From Piromyces finnis finn (taxonomy: Eukaryota > Fungi > Neocallimastigomycota), in assembly GCA_002104945.1 (NCBI GenBank), contig MCFH01000031.1:546028-610027 (forward strand): DNA of 64,000 nucleotides. Reading direction: 5' to 3'. Of the stretch, positions 1-18,909 are shown one piece after another. The position numbers and the translations under genes are program-made. Positions within the stretch are counted from its first letter, which is position 1; every line of letters begins with the position of its first letter. Under the pieces are notes generated by a model. That model ran no database searches. It saw only the letters and a list, made by a program, of their open reading frames with translations, and was not told where the DNA came from.

Positions 1-3868
<3,868 letters not shown>

Positions 3869-6219
3869 AAAAAAAATTTTTTTTATACTATATATATATA
3901 TATATCTATTCAAGTAATCATTTTTTATTTTATACAATAGATTAAATAAAAAATAATTTAACGTTTTTGTATTTTAATAATATATTTTAAATAAAATCAT
4001 AATACACTATTTATAAAATATATTTAAACATTATTTTTTTTAATTCTATTAATGTATACCTATTTATATAAAAAGAACTATTCTTTTCTTCTTCTTCTTC
4101 TTCTTAATATATTTCTTTATTCATCACATTGAATATTATTTTTGAATGGATAGTTCATTAATATATTCTACAATAATTTAAATTAAAATGTTTTTTTTTT
4201 ATGGATCATTCATAGAATAACCATGATTTTTACATTAAAATTATTATTATTAAATATAGTTTTTTTTTTTTTTTTTTCCTAAATAAAATCATTTATAGAT
4301 TATTCCTTATTTTTTATTTTAAATATAAATGTAAAAATAGAATTGTCATATATATAATATTTATTTATTAGAATAGATAATATATTTTCATTTCTTTAAC
4401 TTTAAATTCCTATAATCCTATAATTGATAGAGTATTATGGATGATTCAATTTTTTTTATATTTAAATAATATTAATTTTAAATTATATATATTAAAAATA
4501 ATAAAAAATTATATTAAAAAATATATAGAAATATATTTTAATGTAATATGGATTAAGATACTAATAATAAATCATTCTAATCTATTATATAAATTATTAT
4601 AAATAAAATATTATATATATTTATACTATTTTATTTTATTTTATTTTATTTATTTATTTTATTATTAATATTATTATTTTGAAAGTAATAATAATATTTT
4701 TAATGTTAGATTTATAAAAAACAACTACTTTCATAATACCATAGAGATAAATAATAAAAAAAAGAACTTTTTAATAGATTAAACCAAAACCAAAAACAAA
4801 TATTTTGATATGTTTAAAATAAAAAATTAACATATTATTTATTTATTAAATCAAAAGTATAAAGTAACAGCATAATTATAAATTTTATTGTAAAATGTAA
4901 TATTCTCTTTTTTTTTTTTTTTTTTCATTGTTATATAAGATTTTTTATTATTTGAAATTTTCACTATTGCTTCTATTATTATTATTATTATTATTATTAT
5001 TATCGATATTTCAATATTTTTTTTATATATTCTGTAAACATTTAAATCTTTTAAGCTCTATAAACTATTGATAATTATTGTCAATAAATTAAAAATAAAA
5101 AAAAAACGTTTTTAATCAATCAATGTACACAAACAAATAAAACAAAGGGAAAATATTAATAATAAAAGCAATAAAAATACCAATAAATAACAACAATACT
5201 CAAAAGTTTTAAACGGTCAAAATGAAATTCAAATTCAAAATATTGCTACATAATTGAAAAAATAAATTCAACTTTAACCTTAATAATATTTTACAATATG
5301 AAATATTAATATATTCAAATTCAAAAAAAAAAAAAACTAATCATATAGTATCGAAATAATATGCATATATATATTTTCACTTCTATCGAACGTATATATC
5401 AAATTAAATATTTTTTAAATTGTAAACAAGTAATAATATTACAAAATCAATAATGTTATTTATATTGTAAAAAAATTCAATACTATCATACACTACTTTT
5501 TCTTTATTATTGTATTATACATAAATATATATTGTCACATCATATTTCTTTTTCTTTTCCTTTTTTTAATTATTAGAAATTTAAATAATATCAACATTCA
5601 TACTATATAATTATAATTTCAAATTAAACTCAATATTAAAAATTTCAAAAAAAAAAAAAAAAAAAATACAAAAATATTTTTTAATAATCATACTTTAAAA
5701 TTCAATACTTTTTATTTAAAAAATTTCATAATTTACCAGATTTCAAACAATAATAAATAATATAATTTTATCATCAATAGTAAATCTAAAAACAACCTAT
5801 ATACTATATATAAAAAAAACCTTTATTTCAAAGTTTATGCTATTTATTTAATATATAAACATAACATATATTACAGTTACTTTTTACATCAAATAATTAT
5901 TAATAATTGAATGATCAATATAAACTAATATTCTTTTTTTATATATATTTACAATAAAGATAGACTTGATATTTTATATTAAATTGTTAATATATTATAT
6001 TTAACGTTATATTAACAAATAAAATTATTTTTCTTTTAAAAAAAAAACAACCTCAAATTAGTTATTTTTAATTTATAATAACACCTTTATATCTTTTTAT
6101 TTTTTTTATATTATTTTTCATTTTTATTTTTTTATTATTTATTTTTCATTTGTTTTAATTAATAAACATATAAAAGAGCATCACATTTTTATTTTGTACA
6201 TAAGAACCATTTCTAAAAA

Positions 6220-8395
6220 ATGGATGAAAACGAAGTAAGAGCAGATACCGAAAGTAATAACGAAAACAAACAAAATGACATTTCAAATGATATGAATAAA
6301 AGTTATGATGAAAATTTAAATTATGATGATGATATAAACTATGATGAACCATTAAACGATGATACTAAAAATGGAAATGATAATAATGAGATTGAAGATG
6401 GCATCGATACATTTGATAATGACAATGATATAAATAGCTCCTCTCTGAAAAATGACTATATGGGAGGTTTAGTAGATGAAGATGAAGTTGATTATTCATT
6501 AGATAATGAAGATGATTATATTGATGATAGTCACGCTTATGAAAATAATAACATCTATGATAATGATACAAAAGATAATGGAAATGATTTTGATTTCAAC
6601 CAAGATTCCGGAAACGGGGAAATTTTAGACAATTCTGGAAATATGGATGATGATTTAAATGAGCGTTCTAATGAAACATCTGAAAATCAAAATAACGATA
6701 ATGATACTGGTGATAATAATGATAATAATTTAGATGATAAGTCAAAAGCATTAGATGAAGAAGGTGAAGTTCACGAATCAGGGTCAATACAGAATAATCC
6801 AAAAATGGGTGGAAATCAGCAAAGAAATAACAAAATGATGCATAATAAATTAAACAATAAAAGAATGTATCCAAATCAAAAGATGCCATATAATAAAAGA
6901 AATATGAATATGAATCATATGAATAGGTAAGTTTATTCACATAAAATACAATTTTATTAAATTTGTATTTATTTTTAATTTAATTAGGATAAAAAAAAGT
7001 AATTGTAAATTTAATAATATATAATATAAATATTATATAAAAATGATAGAATGTATCCAATGATGCCAATGAACAGACCAATGCCTAGAAATATGAATCA
7101 AAAAATATATATAAATCCAAGATTTGGTTTAATGGGAAACAACGATTTCAATAATCAATTTATGAGATATAATAATCCAATGTACGGTAATATGAATATG
7201 ATGCCAATGAATCCAATGAATCCAATGATGCAACCAATGATGTCAATGAATCCAGGAATGGGATATCCAGATAACCCAAGAGTAAGTGTTCAAAAATTCT
7301 TTTTAATTTTATAAATTAAATCAATTTCCATCATAAATAAAATTTTTATTTTTCAAATATAAAGCAATATAATAATAATAATAATAAATTAACATTTATT
7401 ATATATTTTTGAAAAAAAACTTAAAGTTCTTTTACCCATACCAACAAAACTTCCAAAGACCTCCTATGGGATATCCAATGAATAAAGATAAGATGAATAA
7501 TCCATCAAATAAAAAAATGTATTACGATAAGCAAGAAGGAAGATCTCAACAAAATAACAACAATGGAAATAATAATAATAATAATAACAATAATAATAAG
7601 CAATATAATAAACAACACTATTATGATAACGATAATAATTATAATTCTGAAAATGATGATGGATCATCCAAAAACTCAGAGCATAATGATAGTGACATTG
7701 ATGACAACAGTAGCAGTGGAAGTAGTAACCATAATGATGACAGAAAGAATAATAATAATAATAGATCACGTAATAACAATTACAAGTATTCAAATAATAA
7801 CAATAACAATAATAATAGATCATCTAAATATTCTGATGATTATGAAAGTAGTCGAGATAAAGGAAATTCCTATAGATCAACAAAATATTCCAATAACAGA
7901 GATAACAGAGATAGTAGAGACAATAGAGATTCATCAAGGAAACCATCAAGAAGATCAGATGACAAAAATGGATCAAGAAAATCCATGTCAAAATACTCAG
8001 ATGACAGAAACTCATCTTCAAAAAGGTACTCTGATGATCATGACCATAATCATGATTATGAAAAATCTAGTTCTAGATATTCCATAAAATCTAAACATTA
8101 CAATAAATATTCTAATGATGATGATGATGATGAGAACTATTCAGATCACCATTCAGATGATGAAGACAACAACAAATATTCTTCTGGTGTTACTCACAGT
8201 ATTAGTGGTGCTAGTACTCGTCAAAACCAAAGATCATCCTATAAAAGAAAACGTAATGATTATGATTCAAGGTAATTTTTAATTTATTTTTATATTCATT
8301 TTATAAATAATTTGAATTTCAGTCTTTTTTAAAAATTGTTATATAATACTGATATACATATTTTTATATTATATATAATACCCATATTTTATTAA

Positions 8396-8426
<31 letters not shown>

Positions 8427-9015
8427 TAACAGGGATGATTCTTCAAGAAATAGATCAAAATCATCAAGAATAAAAATACATCACTCTTCATATAATGATT
8501 CTCATAATTCACGTGATGACGACAATCGCTATGATTCAAATAATGAATCTACCATCACCGATTCCAATAAGATTCACACAACCTTATTATCAACATCTTC
8601 CAGGGTTTTTATCAGAAATATTAGCCAAAATACCACAAAGAGTAAATTAATAGAATTAGCTAAATCCGAAGGAAATATTAAGGTAATTTTTATTACATAA
8701 ATGTTGTATAAATGAATAGAGAGTACATTTATTATGTTTATTTCAAAGATATTAATAACTAAATATAAATATATCTGTAAAAAAAAAAAAATAGCATATC
8801 AGTTTTGATCCTGAAAAATTAACTGCCGAAATTACATTTGATTCATCCGATTCTGCTGTATTCTTTAGACGGAAATACAATAGGTAAATGAATGTTATAT
8901 TTCTTTTCATATTTAAGCTTAATATGGCCAACATTAACTAAAACAAAAATTATATATATATTATTATCCTAGATATATGCTTGATGGATCAAACATAGTG
9001 ATTTCATTTAAATGA
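6220..9015 (+). CDS. RNA-binding protein with acidic N-terminus, Met/Pro/Asn-rich and Arg/Ser/Asp-rich regions and a C-terminal RRM (RBM33-like)
   Basis: Exons 6220-6926, 7050-7281, 7427-8271, 8433-8682, 8785-8883, 8973-9015 join in frame with GT-AG introns. The last three exons encode RVFIRNISQNTTKSKLIELAKSEGNIK|HISFDPEKLTAEITFDSSDSAVFFRRKYNR|YMLDGSNIVISFK*, an RRM resembling the terminal RRM of RBM33. Confidence 0.75.
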
Positions 9016-9419
9016 ACATAACAAGTACATTAAATCCCCTCAAAAAAAAATTTTTTTTTTTCATTATAAAATATTTAGGTAATTAAGAGGAATACCACCA
9101 TCTGAATAAGAAATTAATATTTATTTAGTTTAAATTAAAATTTCTATTTTTTCTTTCAATTTTTATTATATATATATTTATTTAATTAAAATATTTTTAA
9201 TAATGGATAAAGTGTTATATTATTTTAATTAGTTGAATATACTTTTTTTTTTTTTTTTCATTTTTACTATTATACAATATTATTTTTTTTTTTCTTTTTT
9301 GATTTTTAACTCCATCTACAAAACAAATTTAATTTATAAATAAAATATTATTTTTATTTTATAATACTATTTGAGACGTTTTGCAATATTCTCATTTTTT
9401 TTAAATAATGAATTAATAA

Positions 9420-9451
<32 letters not shown>

Positions 9452-11184
9452 GAGTAATCATTATATCTAAATATTACATTTCATTAATTAATAATTTAAA
9501 TAAAATCATTATAAATAGAATGATATTACACAATGTACCATGTATCTTTTATGTTTTTTTGCGTAAAATAAGAAAAAATTCTACTATGAGTGTTAGTGTA
9601 AGATTTAATAAATACATAAAGTATATATTTTTTCCAAAGTATTATTTTAAGTTATATATTAAAAGACAATGAATTAAATAATTAACCATCTTCTTTCTCT
9701 ATTAACCTCATGATTGTCAAATAGTAATATTAATATTTTTATTTCTTTATTTGACAGATAGATAACACTAATTTAAATATTTAAAAAAATTTGTTTTTAA
9801 TACTATTCTAATTAATTCTAATTTTATATAAAGGATGAATTCATTATATTCATAATTTATCCTTTTTCAATAGAGAGAGAGTTATAATGACCCATAAAGG
9901 TTTAACCTTAACTTTAGCTTTTGTATATTTTTTTTTTATTTGATTATATTTATCATCCATTTTTTTTTTTTTAATTTAATTTAACCCCACAAAATAATTA
10001 TATTACTTTTAAACTATATTATAATATATTATAAAAATATATTGACTATTGACATCTCCTATTTAATAATATTAAATTTTTAATATTAAAATAATTTTTA
10101 ATTATCCATCATAGTAAAAAATAAAAGTAACCAAATGTTATATATTACAATATATTATTAATATATTATGGTTAACTATTTTTATATAATTCATCAACAT
10201 CCAAATAAAAATAATTATTCCATTAAATTTAATATAAAAATCAATTTTTTTCTTTTTTATTTATTTGAGATTTATTCTTTTTTTTTTTTTTAAATTTCAT
10301 TAGAATTATTATTTAAAATTGAATTATAATCAAAGTTGATTTAAATTATAATATCTTTTACATTTATTTCTTTTTTTAAGTAGATAGAAATAAATAACAT
10401 GAAAAAGAATATATATATATGTATCATTTAGTAAATAAAATTTGAAAATTGATTAAATTTGAATGTAATAATAACTTCAAACATCATACAATTAATCTAA
10501 GGTGTAAAAACAATTAAATATTTTATTTATATTTCTGTATTATACCATTTTTAAATAAGTAAATAAAAAGTGATATCTATCTATTTATATATATGTAAAT
10601 CAATTAAATTTGCTAAATTAATAATTATATTATACATAGATGTAAACTATTATCAAAAAAAAAAAACTTTTTTTTTATCATATATAAAAGATAAATATTT
10701 ATCTATTTAATGTATAATTTTCAATATATACTAATATTGTATATTATAAATTTCCAAATTTAAATATACCAGTCATACATACACACTTTTCATATTTCAA
10801 TTTTATTGTACTTTGAATTCTTTTTTTATTAAAAGTATTTTTTGAAAATTAAAATAAGAAATTTGAAATCTCAATTAATTATTAATATTAAAAATAAATT
10901 AATTATTTTGAATTAAAAATATAAAGAATATTTCTTTCGTATAAAAAGTTTTTTTTTTTTTTTTTTTTTCTACTTACTCATTTGTAATGAATATGAAAAA
11001 TAATTTAAATAATATTATTTATTAATAAGCAATAAAGTTCTATTATACCACAAAGATTTTAGAGATAAATCAGTAATATCAATAAAAATTAAAACAATTT
11101 TTTAATATATATAAAGATTTATATTTCATTTGTATTCTATACATATACATATTCAGATAAAAATAAAAAAAAAAAAAAATAAAA

Positions 11185-13373
11185 ATGAATGAAATTATTC
11201 CAATAGAGGGTCTAAATTCTTTAATTGACCTTTATGTTAATAGAAAAACAACGGATACAAATGTCATAGAGTCAAATTTAAATGTTCCACAGGAACAAAA
11301 TATACAGGAAGAGTATTATGATGATAATGGGATATTAAGTATAGAAGAATTTAATGAAATGGTTGAAAGGGAAGAAGAAGAAGAAGAAAAAGATTTTGAA
11401 CAATTCTCAGACCATTTATCTCAGTTATCAGAACCAATATCAGATCAATATTTGGGATCACTATCAGGGACAGCACAAGAATTAATACCGGAACTAATGC
11501 AAATGCAAGAACAAAAGCAAGAAGAACAAGAAGGTAATGTTTATGAAAGAATTGTAATGAATAAGATTAAGAATGACGAAATACAAAAAGCAAATAAACG
11601 AAAAAGAGGACCATCGGTAAACTCTGAAATGAAAAAAATAAAAAGAGAAATAGAGAAATTGAGTAAAGAATCGGATTTTAATGAAGCAAAGGAAAAAAGA
11701 AAAAAAGTTTCAGTGGCATGTATTTTGTGTCGTAGATCTCATTTGTCTTGCGATAATAGAAGACCATGTTCTCGCTGCATTTCAAAAGGCGTACCGAATT
11801 TATGTAAGGATGCACCAAGAAAACTAACCAATCCATTAAAATGTACCGCATGTCCAATTTTTCCTGAATTAACTCCTACAGAATTACAAAGAAAAATTCA
11901 TAAAATGTATGAATTGCAAAAACAACAGGATGAAGTTGTTAATCATTTAACAAATTCCAAAATGATTTCACCAGAGTTGATAGAGCAAATAAAGGATATT
12001 AATTCTACAAATTTATTACAATATGCTAATAATATGGCTTCCCCAAACAATTTAGGAAATTTCTTGAATACCTCAGAAGACGATACCAATATAGAATATG
12101 ATACAAATTTATTTCCAATTGAAAATATACAATTGCCAGCAATTGAAGATTTAAGTAAGTATAATAATATGACAATTTCAATATATTTAGAATATCTAAA
12201 TGATATCTTTAAAAATTAGAATAGTTTATAAAAAATAATGATTTTAATAATAATAACAATACTAACTTGTTATTTTATATATTTTATAACAACAACAACA
12301 ACAACAACAACAACAATAATAATAATAATAATAATATGTTAATTATTATGATACTTTTACTACATTATACACTATAATTCGTATAATTCCTATTTTAAAT
12401 ATTTAATTTTAAAAAAATTAAATTAAAAGTTCCAGAACCCAATTATAAATTAGAACCTCAAGAATTTCATTCATCCATCCCTTGTGTACCATTTACAGGA
12501 GTTACACCATATTTCCCAGCCAAAGAATCTGATAGTGAATTTAATTCTTTAGTAGGTTATTGCCATTCTGTATCAAAACGTGATGATATGCCTAAAAGAT
12601 GTCAAACTTGTCCGTTTGGACGTGTAGATCAATTTCTTACAGAATTAGAATTGAAACAAGCGGAAGAAGGAAAAGAAATAGATTTTGAACACCTTTTAAT
12701 GATGAAATATAAGGTTGGTTTAATTAAACCATATAATTATGCCAAAGGCTATTTGAAATTAAAATCGTTTATAAATTTACGACTTTCCAATGAGAGAAAA
12801 AAAGAAATGTTAACTGTTTTGGCAAAATTTCAAGAAAATTTAAAAAATTATTCATTGAATATTGAAGATATAGATTTATTAATGATTGAAGAAACTTTTG
12901 AAAGATTATTAATTAAATTTGATCGATTATTTGCAAGTATGCCATTACCTTCATGTATATGGAGAAGAAATGGTGAAATTTTTAAAGCAAATCATCATTT
13001 TGCATTTTTAGTAGGTATTCCAATGGAAAAACTTAATAATGGAAACACCTTAATATATGAAATAATGGGTGTTGAATATGCCATGGATTATTGGGAAAAA
13101 TTTACAGAAATTGCATTTGATAATAGTCAAAAAGCTATCATATCCATCACTGCATTAATTAATCAAACCAATACCAATCGTGTTATTAAATGTTCTTTTT
13201 CATTTACAATTTATAGAGATAAATTTAATATACCCATTGCCATTATAGGTAATTTTATACCATATGATTCACCTTATGGACGCCGTAATGCCTTCCCACC
13301 AGATGATATCATTGATAATATTGATAGTGATCAACCAGGTTGTGGAAGTAATTGTTGTATGGATTCAGAATAA
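11185..13373 (+). CDS. acuM: Zn(II)2Cys6 transcription factor with C-terminal PAS-like domain, AcuM/Rds2 type
   Basis: CILCRRSHLSCDNRRPCSRCISKGVPNLC binuclear cluster. One intron (12155-12429). C-terminal KPYNYAKGY..FDRLFASMPLPSCIWRRNGEIF..YWEKFTEIAFD matches AcuM/Rds2 (YDRVFASMAVPACCWRRTGEIF..YWEEF..IAFD) better than AcuK/Ert1. Confidence 0.85.
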
Positions 13374-13597
13374 ATTTCAATATACAAATATATATATATA
13401 TATATATAAATTCATATCAGTTTTGAACCGTTCAACTCGACTTAAGAAAAAAAAAAAAAAGCAATCAGAAATAATAATATAATATACATTTTTTTTTTAC
13501 CGAAATTATATATTAAATATAATTTATAAAATTAAAAAATCAATTCATTTTTTCTTTTTCTTTTTTTAAAAAATACATTTTTATTCTATATATTAGA

Positions 13598-13629
<32 letters not shown>

Positions 13630-13899
13630 AATAAAAGAAAGTAATTAATAAAAAAATTATTTCAGTATATCCATAGATAAATATTTAAGATTTTCCAACT
13701 ATCTTTTTTTTTTATTTATTTATTTTTTTACATTGAAATATATATATATATATAAATACATATTTTTAAAATAAAAAACTAAATTTGATATAAATGCTTT
13801 ATAATTAAGATGTTTTTTTTTATTTTTTTTTTTAAATTTATAATTGATTTATTTCATTTATTGCTCTAAATGTAGTAAAAATTTTATAATCCCTTTTTC

Positions 13900-14117
13900 A
13901 AAAATAAGCAAGAGTTTGTTTTTTTTTCATTTTTTTACTTTTTTTCTTTAATAAGAAAAACCAAAATTAATTAAATTGTTTTTCATTAGAGAAAACAACT
14001 AACTTTTAATAATTAATTTAAAAAGTTTCACATTACCAATTAAAAAAGTTTTTTTTTGTTTTAGAAATTTAATTATAAAAAAAATATATATTAAAAAAAA
14101 AACTCTTGCTTATTTTT
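13900..14117. repeat. Inverted repeat with perfect 18-bp arms about 180 bp apart
   Basis: AAAAATAAGCAAGAGTTT (13900-13917) is the reverse complement of AAACTCTTGCTTATTTTT (14100-14117); pairing extends inward through T/A runs after one mismatch. Confidence 0.7.
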
Positions 14118-14287
14118 ATTTACTATATTTTTTAAGGTTTCTTTTTATTAAATTATATTAACAATTAAAGTGCGTATTGTTCTTTTATTTGTTTTATTTT
14201 ATATATGAAATATTGATGACATTTAGGTCATTTCATTTATCTAACTAAAAGAGAGTTACTACTCAATTTATTATTAAGTATACTATT

Positions 14288-14336
<49 letters not shown>

Positions 14337-15010
14337 AACTTTAAAAAAAAAAACTTGAAATAAATATTTTTTTTTAAAAGGTATTCTTTTATATTCAATT
14401 TTAATTTTTTTTTACTTTCACAAATTTAAAAAATGTTGCACATTTTTTTTTCTCAAAAAGGTTTAAAATAAGGAATAGAAAAAAAAAAGATTATTATTTA
14501 AAAGCTTAATGCAACTTATTAATTGCAATTGGTGATTCTACTGTTTAAAAATTAATATCTATTTATTAAAAGATATTTTTTAAATAAATATTAATTTATT
14601 AAATAATATTTTAAATAATATTATAAATAATAATAAAAAGAATGAAAGAATGTGTACTTTTCTTTCCTAATTTTTTTTTTTTTTTTTTTTGTTTTCTTAC
14701 TTTTAATTCAAAGGTGTAAAAGTCAGATTTATATTTTAATATCTTATAATTAAATGGATGATAAACAAGTTCGATATAATAATATAAATAAATATATTAT
14801 AATAAATAATAAATTAAAAAACTTTTTTTTTTTTTAACATAATTAATTATATTTATATAATTAATTATATATAAAATTCTAATATATTACAATATATTGC
14901 TTTTATTTAATTTTCAAAAAATTAAAACTTTTTTTTTTTTTTTAAATTCAAATTTATCATTGTACTCTTTTTAAATTATAATAATAATAATAATAATAAA
15001 AAGAAAATTA

Positions 15011-15059
15011 AAAATTGAAAATTGAAAATTGAAAATTGAAAATTGAAAATTGAAAATTG
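15011..15059. repeat. (AAAATTG)7 heptamer tandem repeat
   Basis: Seven perfect copies read directly. Confidence 0.95.
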
Positions 15060-15592
15060 AAATATAGTAGTGCCAAACCAAGAAAAAAAAAAGCATTTAA
15101 AATATTTATAATATTCATTATAATAAATATATATTTATTATATTGGTAAGTAATCAATTATCATATTCTTAAATGTATAATTATATAAATTGATAATTGA
15201 AATTTGTTATATAATTTTTTATTTTTATATATATTTTAAATTGCATTATCATTAATTTTTCATTCATTCATACTTTTATTTATCTAAATTTATATATTTG
15301 AATATATATATGTATATATAAATTTTTTTGAATTGAATTCATAAAATTTGAAATTCGATAGTTTCAATTTTTATTTGTAATTGTCATTGACCTTTAATTT
15401 TGGGTCTTTTTTAATTTTTTAATTTTAATGAAACTTTTGTCAATAATTTAATTCTAATATTATTGTAGCAATATATAATATATATAATAATAACAATTGT
15501 GTTAACTACAATAAACTATAAATAGTATATTATTTAATTATTTTTATATATGTATATATAAAAAAAAAAAAAAAAAAAAAAAGAAATTTATA

Positions 15593-18500
15593 ATGAAACA
15601 AGAAAAACAGAAAAGTAAAAAAATAAATTCGTTTGTATCAAATATAAAATTACCATACAATATAAATGAGTTACAATGGAATAAGGAACATACTCAAAAT
15701 AATCAAAGAAAATATTGTTATTGCGGTAAGGATCGTACTCTAACCACATTAAACCTACAATGTATTCAATGTAAAAATTGGTTTCATGTTGAATGTTTAA
15801 AAAATAAAAAACTAATAGCTTCAAAAAGTTCTATTGTACCATTTATGACAAATTATAAATTTATCTGTCAACTCTGTTCACCGAAAGAAAGTTTTGAAAA
15901 AGTTACGGCAAGTTGGAAAGATGCTATCAATGCTGCATTTGCTAATCTTTCAGTTGAACGTTTAAGAAAGGAAGGCTTAATTAATAAACATGGACATGGA
16001 ATTTCAATTATTCCAGAGGGTTATTGGTTTGATAAAAAAGATGGTATTTGTCCTTTTTTAGATAAGCATTGGGAGGCTTTATGCACTAATCGGTAGGTTT
16101 AATAAATCTTTTATTTTTTATATTATGGGAAAATAATAAAGATATTTTATTATTAAAAGAGAATAAAAAGTTTTTTTTTTTTATTAATAATTGATGATAC
16201 TGTTTAAATACATATCATAATAATGAAAAGTAATTCCTTAAATTTTTAAAATTAAATTAAATTATACAAATGGTTTCATTTAAATTTTAGTCGACAATAA
16301 ACATTATTTTTATAATTAATATATATTTATGTTTTACAATAATAATAATAATAATAATAATAATGTAGTGCAAGAACACCAACTTGGTGGGCAACCGTAT
16401 GTATTTTGATTCAAATTAAAATTTTATTTTATATATTAATAATTTTTCAAATGTTAATTTTCTAAAACATTTTGACTATTTTCAATTCAATGCCATTAGG
16501 TTGGTAGTTGTATGTACACTTCAAAAGATAATTATATAGCGAAAGATGAGCATGTAAGAAGTGCAGCTTCGGAATTCATATTGTTAGATAGAGATCTTTT
16601 CAATTTGAGACCAACTGGACAGGTAAAATGAATTTTGAATTTTTTTTTTTTAAAAAAAATCATTAAATTTTTAATTATAATTCCATTAAAGTAACATTTT
16701 AATCTTTATAATTATTAATTTATTCTATTTTTAATGAATGTATTATTTTCTATTGTATTATAATTAATATGCTATTACAATTATGTTGTAATAGGGTGTT
16801 CCAAGTTTGAAAGGTTCTAATTCAAGTTTAGATAGTTCAAAAAATAAATCAAAAAACGATAAATCTTTGAAATCTTTAACAGTTCATAAAAAATCAAATA
16901 ATATTTCAGAAATTTCTTCAAAGAATCAGAAATCAGCCATAAAAAGTTTAAGATCTTCTTCTAAATCAAATAATTTTTCATCATCCTATAATACATCTAG
17001 TCATTTTTCATCTTCATCAACTACAACCGCAACCACAACTACTACTAATCAACAAAATGGTTTAAGTCGAAAGAATAGTAAAATAATAAAAAAAGGTAAC
17101 AGCTTTTCGATAAAATTACATGAAGTCCCTGTAAATGAATTATTAGATAATATAGATACATCAAATAATTCAAAGGAGCATCTCTATAATAAAAATGGAT
17201 ATAAATATGAAAGAGTAGAGGTTGATAATAAATTAAAGAATTTAATATTTAAAAAGAAACAAGAATTTTCTTCGTTGGAATCAGCTATTCATTTATGTCC
17301 GTTTGATTGTGATTCGTCAATTAGTATAAGTAGAAATGGACTAACGGCTCATTCAAATAGTGGTTTTCGTATGGCAAGAACCAATTATGGTGTTAAAGAA
17401 GGAAATTGGTATTTTGAAATCATCGTCAACAAAGCTGGTCATGGTATTGGTCAACAAAGAACAATGAATGGTCCAAACGTTAGAGTTGGTTGGTCAAGAC
17501 GTGAAGGTTCGTTTTTCTAATTAATATATATATATAATATAATTAAAAATTTATCCACCATAAAGATGTCATTAATTTATTAAAAATAAATTTCGTATAA
17601 ATAATATGCCTGTGATTAACACTAATTTTTAAATTAATATACCAATTTTTGTATGAATTAATTTTATAATCATAAACAAATAAATAATGATAGCTACATT
17701 ACATGGTCCAGTAGGATATGACTCATTCAGTTATGGATATCGTGATAAAACTGGCGAAAAACTTCATGAATCACTTCCAATGCCATATGGGGATACATAT
17801 AAATCTGGTGATGTTATTGGATGTTATATATCACTACCTCCAATTAGTAAGGAATTACTCTCAAAGAAAAAGCATTCTTCAAATCCAAGTAACGTAGGAA
17901 AAAATCATACAAAAGTATTATCCTTAAAAAATGTAAATAAAAATATGATTGTTAATAGTATTGAAGACTTATCACCAGATATTTTATCAAATAAAAGAGT
18001 TATGCATAAGAGGAAAATTATAAAATATAAAAGAAAATTATATTCTGAAACAAATGAATATCTTCCTATAAATTTACCAATTATTGTACAATATAATTTA
18101 AAGTCAAAAATGTCATCATCCACCTTAGATTCATCATCAAATTTTGAAGATATAAAAGATGAGCTAATGAATAGTAAGTATATAAATATATATTTTTTTT
18201 TTTTAAAAAAAACTATTAAAAATTTTAATATTTTATTTATAAAAAAATATCTTTTTTTTTAAAAAAACTTCTTATTAGATATACCAATAACATCAAATGA
18301 TTTCCCTAAACTTCCCAATTCAAAAATTGTATTTTATAAAAATGGTCACAATCAAGGTGTAGCGTTCGAGGATTTACCTTTGCCTGTGGCAGCATCATCC
18401 TATCTTTTACCAGAATATAGACATTGTAAATTTGAACCCTATGCAAGATCATTGAATATATGTAAGTTTATTCTAATAAAATTTTTATAAAATTCTAAAT

Positions 18501-18769
18501 TTTAAAAAATATAAATATTTATTATAATATAATATATTTTTAAAACTAATTAATGTTAATTGATATGTTTTTTTTTTATTTATTTATTAACAATGTTATA
18601 ATTTTATAGATGATGATGGATCATTAGGTTATTACCCGTCAGTATCATTATTTAAAGGTGGTTCCGTAACATTAAATTTCGGACCTGAATTTAAATATCC
18701 ACCAAATGATATTAAAGAAAACTGGAAGCCATTATGCGATAGATATGAAGAAATCCAAATTGAAGTATA

Positions 18770-18806
<37 letters not shown>

Positions 18807-18859
18807 CTTTCGAATTATATTAGTTTTATAGTTTTATGTAGTATATATGCAATTTATTA

Positions 18860-18909
<50 letters not shown>

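Noticed and set aside
6155-8087. Tyr/His/Ile-rich alternative-frame ORFs over the RRM gene
   Set aside because: Shadows of Asp/Asn-rich coding sequence.
14289-14334. Long poly(A) run as a retrocopy tail
   Set aside because: No upstream element body or TSD; long A/T runs are ubiquitous here.
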